A stretch of 64,000 bases of DNA from Eledone cirrhosa. Taxonomy: Eukaryota. The notes beneath the pieces were generated by a model that was not told the DNA's origin, did not search any database, and was given only the letters and a program-made list of their open reading frames with translations. The first letter of the stretch is position 1. Each line of letters starts with the position of its first letter. Made by a program: the position numbers and the translations under genes. Location: contig OZ024744.1 of assembly GCA_964016885.1 (NCBI GenBank), positions 5,084,001 through 5,148,000 on the forward strand, given 5' to 3'. Below, in pieces: positions 1 to 12,099 of this stretch.

Positions 1-3000
1 ATGTTGGTAGACAGTGAGGTTGGTAGCAGAGGTCTATCTTGGTAGACAGTGAGGGTGCTTGCAGAGGTCTATGTTGGTAGACAGTGGTGTTGGTAGCAGA
101 GGTCTATCTTGGTAGACAGTGAGGTTGGTATCAGAGGTCTATCTTGGTAGACAGTGAGGTTGGTAGCAGAGGTCTATGTTGGTAGACAGTGGTGTTGGTA
201 GCATAGGTCTATCTTGGTAGACAGTGGTGTTGGTAGCAGAGGTCTATGCTGGTAGACAGTGGTGTTGGTAGTAGAGGTCTATCTTGCTAGACAGTGGTGT
301 TGGTAGCAGATGTCTATCTTGGTAGACAGTGGTGTTGGTAGCAGAGGTCTATCTTGGTAGACAGTGGTGTTGGTAGCAGATATCTATCTTGGTAGACAGT
401 GGTGTTGGTAGCAGAGGTCTATGTTGGTAGACAGTGGTGTTGGTAGCAGAGATCTATCTTGGTAGTCAGTGGTGTTGGTAGCAGAGGTCTATCTTGGTAG
501 ACAGTGGTGTTGGTAGCAGAGGTCTATCTTGGTAGACAGTGGTGTTGGTAGCAGAGGTCTATGTTGGTAGAAAGTGAGGTTGGTAGCAGAGGTCTATGTT
601 GGTAGACAGTGGTGTTGGTAGCAGAGGTCTATCTTGGTAGACAGTGGTGTTGGTAGAAGAGGTCTATGTTGGTAGACAGTGAGGTTGGTAGCAGAGGTCT
701 ATCTTGGCAGACAGTGAGGTTGGTAGCAGAGGTCTATGTTGGTAGACAGTGGTGTTGGTAGCAGAGGTCTATGTTGGTAGACAGTGGTGTTGCTAGCAGA
801 GGTCTATCTTGGTAGACAGTGGTGTTGGTAGCAGAGGTCTATCTTGGTAGACAGTGGTTTTGGTAGCAGAGGTCTATATTGGTAGACAGTGGTGTTGGTA
901 GTAGAGGTCTATCTTGGTAGACAGTGGTGTTGGTAGCAGATGTCTATCTTGGTAGACAGTGGTGTTGGTAGCAGAGGTCTATCTTGGTAGACAGTGGTGT
1001 TGGTAGCAGAGGTCTATCTTGGTAGACAGTGGTGTTGGTAGCAGAGGTCTATCTTGGTAGACAGTGTTGTTGGTAGCAGAGGTCTATCTTGGTAGACAGT
1101 GGTGTTGGTAGCAGACATCTATCTTGGTAGACAGTGGTGTTGGTAGCAGATGTCTATCTTGGTAGACAGTGGTGTTGGTAGCAGAGGTCTATCTTGGTAG
1201 GCAGTGGTGTTGGTAGCAGAGGTCTATCTTGGTAGGCAGTGGTGTTGGTAGCAGAGGTCTATGTTGGTAGACAGTGGTGTTGGTAACAGAGGTCTATCTT
1301 GGTAGACAGTGGTGTTGGAAGCAGAGGTCTATCTTGGTAGACAGTGGTGTTGGTAGCAGAGGTCTATCTTGGTAGACAGTGTTATTGGTAGCAGAGGTCT
1401 ATCTTGGTAGACAGTGGTGTTGGTAACAGAGGTCTATCTTGGTAGACAGTGGTGTTGGTAGCAGAAGTATATCTTGGTAGACAGTGATGTTAGTAGAATA
1501 GGTCTATGTTGGTAGAAAGTGAGGTTGGTAGCAGAGGTCTATCTTGGTAGACAGTGGTGTTGGTAGCAGAGGTTTATATTGGTAGACAGTGGTGTTGGTA
1601 GCAGAGGTCTATCTTGGTAGACATTGAGGTTGGTAGCAGAGGTCTATCTTGGTAGACAGTGGTGTTGGTAGCAGAGGTCTATGTTGGTAGACAGTGGTGT
1701 TGGTAGCAGAGGTCTATCTTGGTAGACAGTGGTGTTGGTAGCAGAGGTCTATATTGGTAGACAGTGGTGTTGGTAGCAGAGGTCTATCTTGGTAGACAGT
1801 GAGGTTGGTAGCAGAGGTCTATCTTGGTAGACAGTGAGGTTGGTAGCAGAGGTCTATCTTGGTAGATAGTGGTGTTGGTAGCAGAGGTCTATGTTGGTAG
1901 ACAGTGAGGTTGGTAGCAGAGGTCTATCTTGGTAGACAGTGAGGGTGGTAGTAGAGGTCTATCTTGGTAGACAGTGGTGTTGGTAGCAGAGGTCTATGTT
2001 GGTAGACAGTGGTGTTTTTAGCAGAGGTTAATCTTGGTAGACAGTGGTGTTGGTAGCAGAGGTCTATCTTGGTAGACAGTGGTGTTGGTAGCATAGGTCT
2101 ATCTTGGTAGACAGTGGTGTTGGTAGCAGAGGTCTATCTTGGTAGACAGTGGTGTTGGTAGCAGAGGTCTATCTTGGTAGACAGTGGTGTTGGTAGCAGA
2201 GGTCTATGTTGGTAGACAGTGAGGTTGGTAGCAGAGGTCTATGTTGGTAGACAGTGGTGTTGGTAGCAGAGGTCTATCTTGGTAGACAGTGGTGTTGGTA
2301 GAAGAGGTCTATGTTGGTAGACAGTGAGGTTGGTAGCAGAGGTCTATCTTGGTAGACAGTGAGGTTGGTAGCAGAGGTCTATCTTGGTAGACAGTGGTGG
2401 TGGTAGCAGAGGTCTATCTTGGTAGACAGTGGTGTTGGTAGCCGAGGTCTATCTTGGTAGACAATCAGGGTGGTAGCAGAGGTCTATGTTGGTAGACAGT
2501 GGTGTTGGTAGCAGAGGTCTATGTTGGTAGACAGTGGTGTTGGTAGCAGAGGTCTATCTTGGTAGACAGTGGTGTTGGTAGCAGAGGTCTATCTTGGTAG
2601 ACAGTGGTGTTGGTAGCCGAGGTCTATCTTGGTAGACAATCAGGGTGGTAGCAGAGGTCTATGTTGGTAGACAGTGGTGTTGGTAGCAGAGGTCTATGTT
2701 GGTAGACAGTGGTGTTGGTAGCAGAGGTCTATCTTGGTAGACAGTGGTGTTGGTAGCAGAGGTCTATCTTGGTAGACAGTGCTTTTGGTAGCAGAGGTCT
2801 ATATTGGTAGACAGTGGTGTTGGTAGCAGAGCTCTACCTTGGTAGACAGTGGTGTTGGTAGCAGAGGTCTATCTTGGTAGACAGTGGTGGTGGTAGCAAG
2901 GTCTATCTTGGTAGACAGTGGTGTTGGTAGCAGAGGTCTATGATGGTAGACAGTGGTGTTGGTAGCAGAGGTCTATCTTGGTAGACAGTGGTGTTGGTAG

Positions 3001-6000
3001 CAGAGGTTTATCTTGGTAGACAGTGGTGTTGGTAACAGAGGTCTATCTTGGTAGACAGTGGTGTTGGTAGCAGAGGTCTATCTTGGTAGACAGTGGTGTT
3101 GGTAGCAGATGTCTATCTTGGTAGACAGTGGTGTTGGTAGCAGAGGTCTATCTTGGTTGACAGTGGTGTTGGTAGCAGAGGTCTATCTTGGTAGACAGTG
3201 GTGTTGGTAGCAGAGGTCTATCTTGGTAGACAGTGGTGTTGGTAACAGAGCTCTATCTTGGTAGACAGTGGTGTTGGTAGCAGAGGTCTATCTTGGTAGA
3301 CAGTGGTGTTGGTAGCAGATGTCTATCTTGGTAGACAGTGGTGTTGGTAGCAGAGGTCTATCTTGGTTGACAGTGGTGTTGGTAGCAGAGGTCTATCTTG
3401 GTAGACAGTGGTGTTGGTAGCAGATGTCTATCTTGGTAGACAGTGGTGTTGGTAGCAGAGGTCTATGTTGGTAGACAGTGGTGTTGGTAGCAGAATCTAT
3501 CTTGGTAGACAGTGGTGTTGGTAGCAGAATCTATCTTGGTAGACAGTGGTGTTGGTCGCAGAGGTCTATCTTGGTAGACAGTGAGGTTGGTAGCAGAGGT
3601 CTATCTTGGTAGACAGTGGTGTTGGTAGCAGAGGTCTATCTTGGTAGACAGTGGTGTTGGTAGCAGAATCTATCTTGGTAGACAGTGGTGTTGGTCGCAG
3701 AGGTCTATCTTGGTAGACAGTGAGGTTGGTAGCAGAGGTCTATCTTGGTAGACAGTGGTGTTGGTAGCAGAGGTCTATCTTGGTAGACAGTGATGTTGGT
3801 AGAAGAGGTCTATGTTGGTAGAAAGTGAGGTTGGTAGCAGAGATCTATCTTGGTAGACAGTGGTGTTGGTAGCAGAGGTATATCTTGGTAGACAGTGGTG
3901 TTGGTAGCAGAGGTCTATATTGGTAGACAGTGGTGTTGGTAGCAGAGGTCTATGTTGGTAGAAAGTGAGGTTGGTAGCAGAGGTCTATCTTGGTAGACAG
4001 TGGTGTTGGTAGCAGAGGTCTATCTTGGTAGGCAGTGGTGTTGGTAGCATAGGTTTATATTGGTAGACAGTGGTGTTGGTAGAAGAGGTCTATGTTGGTA
4101 GACAGTGGTGTTGGTAGCAGAGGTCTATCTTGGTAGACATTGAGGTTGGTAGCAGACATCTATCTTGGTAGACAGTGGTGTTGGTAGCAGAGGTTTATCT
4201 TGGTAGACATTGAGGTTGGTAGCAGAGGTCTATCTTGGTAGACAGTGGTGTTGGTAGCAGAGGTTATCTTGGTAGACATTGAGGTTGGTAGCAGAGGTCT
4301 ATCTTGGTAGACAGTGGTGTTGGTAGCAGAGGTCTATGTTGGTAGACAGTGGTGTTGGTAGCAGAGGTCTATCTTGGTAGACAGTGGTGTTGGTAGCAGA
4401 GGTCTATCTTGGTAGACAGTGGTGTTGGTAGCAGAGGTATATCTTGGTAGACAGTGGTGTTGGTAGCAGAATCTATCTTGGTAGACAGTGGTGTTGGTAG
4501 CTGAGGTCTATCTTGGTAGGCAGTGGTGTTGGTAGCAGAGGTCTATCTTGGTAGACAGTGAGGTTGGTAGCAGAGGTCTATCTTCGTAGACAGTGAGGTT
4601 GGTAGCAGAGGTCTATCTTGGTAGACAGTGGTGTTGGTAGCAGAGGTCTATGTTGGTAGACAGTGAGGTTGGTAGCAGAGGTCTATCTTGGTAGACAGTG
4701 AAGTTGGTAGCAGAGGTCTATCTTGGTAGACAGTGAGGGTGGTAACAGAGGTCTATCTTGGTAGACAGTGGTGTTGGTAGCAGAGGTCTATCTTGGTAGA
4801 CAGTGAGGTTGGTAGCAGAGGTCTATCTTGGTAGACAGTGGTGTTGGTAGCAGAGGTCTATCTTGGTAGACAGTGGGGTGGGTAGCAGAGGTCTATCTTG
4901 GTAGACAGTGGTGTTGGTAGCAGAGGTCTATCTTGGTAGACAGTGGTGTTGGTAGCAGAGGTCTATGTTGGTAGACAGTGGTGTTGGTAGCAGAGGTTAA
5001 TCTTGGTAGACAGTGGTGTTGGTAGCAGAGGTCTATCTTGGTAGACAGTGGTGTTGGTAGCAGAGATCTATCTTGGTAGACAGTAGTGTTGGTAGCAGAG
5101 GTCTATGTTGGTAGACAGTGGTGTTTGTAGCAGAGGTCTATGTTGGTAGACAGTGGTGTTGGAAGCAGAGGTCTATCTTAGTAGACAGTGGTGTTGGTAC
5201 ATAGGTCTATGTTGGTAGACAGTGAGGTTGGTAGCAGAGGTCTATATTGGTAGACAGTGAGGTTGGTAGCAGAGGTCTATCTTGGTAGACAGTGAGGTTG
5301 GTAGCAGAGCTCTATCTTGGTAGAAAGTGGTGTTGGTAGCAGAGGTCTATGTTGGTAGACAGTGGTGTTGGTAGCAGAGGTTTATCTTGGTAGACAGTGG
5401 TGTTGGTAGCAGAGGTCTATGTTGGTAGACAGTGGTGTTGGTAGCAGAGGTATATCTTGGTAGGCAGTGGTGTTGGTAGCAGAGCTCTATCTTGGTAGAC
5501 AGTGGTGTTGGTAGCAGAGGTCTTTCTTGGTAGACAGTGGTGTTGCTAGCAGAGGTCTATGTTGGTAGAAAGTGAGGTTGGTAGCTGAGGTCTATGTTGG
5601 TAGACAGTGGTGTTGGTAGCAGAAGTCTATCTTGGTAGACAGTGAGGTTGGTAGCAGAGGTCTATCTTGGTAGACAGTGGTGTTGGTAGCAGAGGTCTAT
5701 CTTGGTAGACAGTGGTGTTGGTAGCAGAGGTCTATCTTGGTAGACAGTGGTGTTGGTAGCAGAGGTCTATCTTGGTAGACAGTGGTGTTGGTAGCAGAGG
5801 TCTATCTTGGTAGACAGTGGTGTTGGTAGCAGAGGTCTATCTTGGTAGACAGTGGTGTTGGTAGCAGAGGTCTATCTTGGTAGACAGTGGTGTTGCTAGC
5901 AGAGGTCTATCTTGGTAGACAGTGGTGTTGGTAGCAAAGGTCTATGTTGGTAGACAGTGAGGTTGGTAGCAGAGGTCTATCTTGGTAGACAGTGAGGGTG

Positions 6001-8500
6001 CTTGCAGAGGTCTATCTTGGTAGACAGTGGTGTTGGTAGCAGAGGTCTATCTTGGTAGACAGTGAGGTTGGTATCAGAGGTCTATCTTGGTAGACAGTGA
6101 GGTTGGTAGCAGAGGTCTATGTTGGTAGACAGTGGTGTTGGTAGCATAGGTCTATCTTGGTAGACAGTGGTGTTGGTAGCAGAGGTCTATGTTGGTAGAC
6201 AGTGGTGTTGGTAGTAGAGGTCTATCTTGCTAGACAGTGGTGTTGGTAGCAGATGTCTATCTTGGTAGACAGTGGTGTTGGTAGCAGAGGTCTATCTTGG
6301 TAGACAGTGGTGTTGGTAGCAGATATCTATCTTGGTAGACAGTGGTTTTGGTAGCAGAGGTCTATGTTGGTAGACAGTGGTGTTGGTAGCAGAGGTCTAT
6401 CTTGGTAGTCAGTGGTGTTGGTAGCAGAGGTCTATCTTGGTAGACAGTGGTGTTGGTAGCAGAGGTCTATCTTGGTAGACAGTGGTGTTGGTAGCAGAGG
6501 TCTATGTTGGTAGAAAGTGAGGTTTGTAGCAGAGGTCTATGTTGGTAGACAGTGGTGTTGGTAGCAGAGGTCTATCTTGGTAGACAGTGGTGTTGGTAGA
6601 AGAGGTCTATGTTGGTAGACAGTGAGGTTGGTAGCAGAGGTCTATCTTGGCAGACAGTGAGGTTGGTAGCAGAGGTCTATGTTGGTAGACAGTGGTGTTG
6701 GTAGCAGAGGTCTATGTTGGTAGACAATGGTGTTGCTAGCAGAGGTCTATCTTGGTAGACAGTGGTGTTGGTAGCAGAGGTCTATCTTGGTAGACAGTGG
6801 TTTTGGTAGCAGAGGTCTATATTGGTAGACAGTGGTGTTGGTAGTAGAGGTCTATCTTGGTAGACAGTGGTGTTGGTAGCAGATGTCTATCTTGGTAGAC
6901 AGTGGTGTTGGTAGCAGAGGTCTATCTTGGTAGACAGTGGTGTTGGTAGCAGAGGTCTATCTTGGTAGACAGTGGTGTTGGTAGCAGAGGTCTATCTTGG
7001 TAGACAGTGTTGTTGGTAGCAGAGGTCTATCTTGGTAGACAGTGGTGTTGGTAGCAGACATCTATCTTGGTAGACAGTGGTGTTGGTAGCAGATGTCTAT
7101 CTTGGTAGACAGTGGTGTTGGTAGCAGAGGTCTATCTTGGTAGGCAGTGGTGTTGGTAGCAGAGGTCTAACTTGGTAGACAGTGGTGTTGGTAGCAGAGG
7201 TCTATGTTGGTAGACAGTGGTGTTGGTAACAGAGGTCTATCTTGGTAGACAGTGGTGTTGGAAGCAGAGGTCTATCTTGGTAGACAGTGGTGTTGGTAGC
7301 AGAGGTCTATCTTGGTAGACAGTGTTATTGGTAGCAGAGGTCTATCTTGGTAGACAGTGGTGTTGGTAACAGAGGTCTATCTTGGTAGACAGTGGTGTTG
7401 GTAGCAGAAGTATATCTTGGTAGACAGTGATGTTAGTAGAATAGGTCTATGTTGGTAGAAAGTGAGGTTGGTAGCAGAGGTCTATCTTGGTAGACAGTGG
7501 TGTTGGTAGCAGAGGTTTATATTGGTAGACAGTGGTGTTGGTAGCAGAGGTCTATCTTGGTAGACATTGAGGTTGGTAGCAGAGGTCTATCTTGGTAGAC
7601 AGTGGTGTTGGTAGCAGAGGTCTATGTTGGTAGACAGTGGTGTTGGTAGCAGAGGTCTATCTTGGTAGACAGTGGTGTTGGTAGCAGAGGTCTATATTGG
7701 TAGACAGTGGTGTTGGTAGCAGAGGTCTATCTTGGTAGACAGTGAGGTTGGTAGCAGAGGTCTATCTTGGTAGACAGTGAGGTTGGTAGCAGAGGTCTAT
7801 CTTGGTAGATAGTGGTGTTGGTAGCAGAGGTCTATGTTGGTAGACAGTGAGGTTGGTAACATAGGTCTATCTTGGTAGACAGTGAGGTTGGTAGCAGAGG
7901 TCTATCTTGGTAGACAGTGAGGGTGGTAGCAGAGGTCTATCTTGGTAGACAGTGGTGTTGGTAGCAGAGGTCTATGTTGGTAGACAGTGGTGTTTTTAGC
8001 AGAGGTTAATCTTGGTAGACAGTGGTGTTGGTAGCAGAGGTCTATCTTGGTAGACAGTGGTGTTGGTAGCAGAGGTCTATCTTGGTAGACAGTGGTGTTG
8101 GTAGCAGAGGTCTATCTTGGTAGACAGTGGTGTTGGTAGCAGAGGTCTATGTTGGTAGACAGTGAGGTTGGTAGCAGAGGTCTATGTTGGTAGACAGTGG
8201 TGTTGGTAGCAGAGGTCTATCTTGGTAGACAGTGGTGTTGGTAGAAGAGGTCTATGTTGGTAGACAGTGAGGTTGGTAGCAGAGGTCTATCTTGGTAGAC
8301 AGTGAGGTTGGTAGCAGTGGTCTATCTTGGTAGACAGTGGTGGTGGTAGCAGAGGTCTATCTTGGTAGACAGTGGTGTTGGTAGCCGAGGTCTATCTTGG
8401 TAGACAATCAGGGTGGTAGCAGAGGTCTATGTTGGTAGACAGTGGTGTTGGTAGCAGAGGTCTATGTTGGTAGACAGTGGTGTTGGTAGCAGAGGTCTAT
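1..8500. repeat. ~5.94-kb (170-monomer) period: 1..~2550 recurs at 5944..~8500
   Basis: GAGGGTGCTTGC at 51 and 5994, and GATGTTAGTAGAATAGG at 1486 and 7429, both give offset 5943 = 170x35 minus 7 deleted bases. Confidence 0.9.
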
Positions 8501-9200
8501 CTTGGTAGACAGTGGTGTTGGTAGCAGAGGTCTATCTTGGTAGATAGTGGTGTTGGTAGCAGAGGTCTATGTTGGTAGACAGTGAGGTTGGTAACATAGG
8601 TCTATCTTGGTAGACAGTGAGGTTGGTAGCAGAGGTCTATCTTGGTAGACAGTGAGGGTGGTAGCAGAGGTCTATCTTGGTAGACAGTGGTGTTGGTAGC
8701 AGAGGTCTATCTTGGTAGACAGTGGTGTTGGTAGCAGAGGTCTATCTTGGTAGACAGTGGTGTTGGTAGCAGAGGTCTATCTTGGTAGACAGTGGTGTTG
8801 GTAGCAGAGGTCTATGTTGGTAGACAGTGAGGTTGGTAGCAGAGGTCTATGTTGGTAGACAGTGGTGTTGGTAGCAGAGGTCTATCTTGGTAGACAGTGG
8901 TGTTGGTAGAAGAGGTCTATGTTGGTAGACAGTGAGGTTGGTAGCAGAGGTCTATCTTGGTAGACAGTGAGGTTGGTAGCAGAGGTCTATCTTGGTAGAC
9001 AGTGGTGGTGGTAGCAGAGGTCTATCTTGGTAGACAGTGGTGTTGGTAGCCGAGGTCTATCTTGGTAGACAATCAGGGTGGTAGCAGAGGTCTATGTTGG
9101 TAGACAGTGGTGTTGGTAGCAGAGGTCTATGTTGGTAGACAGTGGTGTTGGTAGCAGAGGTCTATCTTGGTAGACAGTGGTGTTGGTAGCAGAGGTCTAT
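7770..9200. repeat. 21-monomer (735-bp) local tandem duplication, also present at ~41040-42500 and ~46220-47680
   Basis: TAGATAGT followed by GTAACATAGG at 7806/8541, 41070/41805 and 46247/46982, offset 735 in each case. Confidence 0.85.
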
Positions 9201-12099
9201 CTTGGTAGACAGTGGTGTTGGTAGCCGAGGTCTATCTTGGTAGACAATCAGGGTGGTAGCAGAGGTCTATGTTGGTAGACAGTGGTGTTGGTAGCAGAGG
9301 TCTATGTTGGTAGACAGTGGTGTTGGTAGCAGAGGTCTATCTTGGTAGACAGTGGTGTTGGTAGCAGAGGTCTATCTTGGTAGACAGTGCTTTTGGTAGC
9401 AGAGGTCTATATTGGTAGACAGTGGTGTTGGTAGTAGAGGTATATCTTGGTAGACAGTGGTGTTGGTAGCAGATGTCTATCTTGGTAGACAGTGGTGTTG
9501 GTAGCAGAGGTCTATCTTGGTAGACAGTGGTGTTGGTAGCAGAGGTATATCTTGGTAGACAGTGAGGTTGGTAGCAGAGGTCTATCTTGGTAGACAGTGG
9601 TGTTGGTAGCAGAGGTCTATCTTAGTAGACAGTGGTGTTGGTAGCAGATGTCTATCTTGGTAGACAGTGAGGTTGGTAGTAGAGGTCTATGTTGGTAGAC
9701 AGTGGTGTTGGTAGCAGAGGTCTATCTTGGTAGACAGTGGTGTTGGTAGCAGAGGTCTATCTTGGTAGACAGTGGTGTTGGTAGCAGAGGTCTATGTTGG
9801 TAGACAGTGGTGGTGGTAGCAAGGTCTATCTTGGTAGACAGTGGTGTTGGTAGCAGAGGTCTATCTTGGTAGACAGTGTTGTTGGAAGCAGAGGTCTATC
9901 TTGGTAGACAGTGGTGTTGGTAGCAGACATCTATCTTGGTAGACAGTGGTGTTGGTAACAGATGTCTATCTTGGTAGACAGTGGTGTTGGTAGCAGACAT
10001 CTATCTTGGTAGGCAGTGGTGTTGGTAGCAGAGGTCTATCTTGGTAGACAGTGGTGTTGGTAGCAGAGGTCTATCTTGGTAGACAGTGGTGTTGGTAGCA
10101 GAGGTCTATCTTGGTAGACAGTGGTGTTGGAAGCAGAGGTCTATCTTGGTTGACAGTGGTGTTGGTAGCAGAGGTCTATCTTGGTTGACAGTGGTATTGG
10201 TAGCAGAGGTCTATCTTAGTAGACAGTGGTGTTGGTAACAGAGGTCTATCTTGGTAGACAGTGGTGTTGGTAGCAGAGGTATATCTTGGTAGACAGTGGT
10301 GTTGGTAGCAGAGGTCTATCTTGGTTGACAGTGGTATTGGTAGCAGAGGTCTATCTTAGTAGACAGTGGTGTTGGTAACAGAGGTCTATCTTGGTAGACA
10401 GTGGTGTTGGTAGCAGAGGTATATCTTGGTAGACAGTGGTGTTGGTAGCAGAATCTATCTTGGTAGACAGTGGTGTTGGTCGCAGAGGTCTATCTTGGTA
10501 GACAGTGAGGTTGGTAGCAGAGGTCTATCTTGGTAGACAGTGGTGTTGGTAGCAGAGGTCTATCTTGGTAGACAGTGATGTTGGTAGAAGAGGTCTATGT
10601 TGGTAGAAAGTGAGGTTGGTAGCAGAGGTCTATCTTGGTAGACAGCGGTGTTGGTAGCAGAGGTTTATATTGGTAGACAGTGGTGTTGGTAGCAGAGGTT
10701 TATCTTGGTAGACATTGAGGTTGGTAGCAGAGGTCTATCTTGGTAGACAGTGGTGTTGGTAGCAGAGGTCTATGTTGGTAGACAGTGGTGTTGGTAGCAG
10801 AGGTCTATCTTGGTAGACAGTGGTGTTGGTAGCAGATGTCTATATTGGTAGACAGTGGTGTTGGTAGCAGAGGTCTATCTTGGTAGACAGTGAGGTTGGT
10901 AGCAGAGGTCTATCTTCGTAGACAGTGAGGTTGGTAGCAGAGGTCTATCTTGGTAGACAGTGGTGTTGGTAGCAGAGGTCTATGTTGGTAGACAGTGAGG
11001 TTGGTAGCAGAGGTCTATCTTGGTAGACAGTGAAGTTGGTAGCAGAGGTCTATCTTGGTAGACAGTGAGGGTGGTAGCAGAGGTCTATCTTGGTAGACAG
11101 TGGTGTTCGTAGCAGAGGTCTATCTTGGTAGACAGTGGTGTTGGTAGCAGAGGTCTATCTTGGTAGACAGTGAGGTTGGTAGCAGAGGTCTATCTTGGTA
11201 GACAGTGGTGTTGGTAGCAGAGGTCTATCTTGGTAGACAGTGGGGTGGGTAGCAGAGGTCTATCTTGGTAGACAGTGGTGTTGGTAGCAGAGGTCTATCT
11301 TGGTAGACAGTGGTGTTGGTAGCAGAGGTCTATGTTGGTAGACAGTGGTGTTGGTAGCAGAGGTTAATCTTGGTAGACAGTGGTGTTGGTAGCAGAGGTC
11401 TATCTTGGTAGACAGTGGTGTTGGTAGCATAGATCCATCTTGGTAGACAGTAGTGTTGGTAGCAGAGGTCTATGTTGGTAGACAGTGGTGTTTGTAGCAG
11501 AGGTCTATGTTGGTAGACAGTGGTGTTGGAAGCAGAGGTCTATCTTAGTAGACAGTGGTGTGGTACATAGGTCTATGTTGGTAGACAGTGAGGTTGGTAG
11601 CAGAGGTCTATATTGGTAGACAGTGAGGTTGGTAGCAGAGGTCTATCTTGGTAGACAGTGAGGTTGGTAGCAGAGCTCTATCTTGGTAGAAAGTGGTGTT
11701 GGTAGCAGAGGTCTATGTTGGTAGACAGTGGTGTTGGTAGCAGAGGTTTATCTTGGTAGACAGTGGTGTTGGTAGCAGAGGTCTATGTTGGTAGACAGTG
11801 GTGTTGGTAGCAGAGGTATATCTTGGTAGGCAGTGGTGTTGGTAGCAGAGCTCTATCTTGGTAGACAGTGGTGTTGGTAGCAGAGGTCTTTCTTGGTAGA
11901 CAGTGGTGTTGCTAGCAGAGGTCTATGTTGGTAGAAAGTGAGGTTGGTAGCTGAGATCTATGTTGGTAGACAGTGGTGTTGGTAGCAGAAGTCTATCTTG
12001 GTAGACAGTGAGGTTGGTAGCAGAGGTCTATCTTGGTAGACAGTGGTGTTGGTAGCAGAGGTCTATCTTGGTAGACAGTGGTGTTGGTAGCAGAGGTCT

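Noticed and set aside
102-117. Smad-binding elements (GTCT/AGAC) as a regulatory cluster
   Set aside because: These are 4-bp matches separated by 8 bp, not the GTCTAGAC palindrome. They are too short to support a call with no known host or nearby gene.
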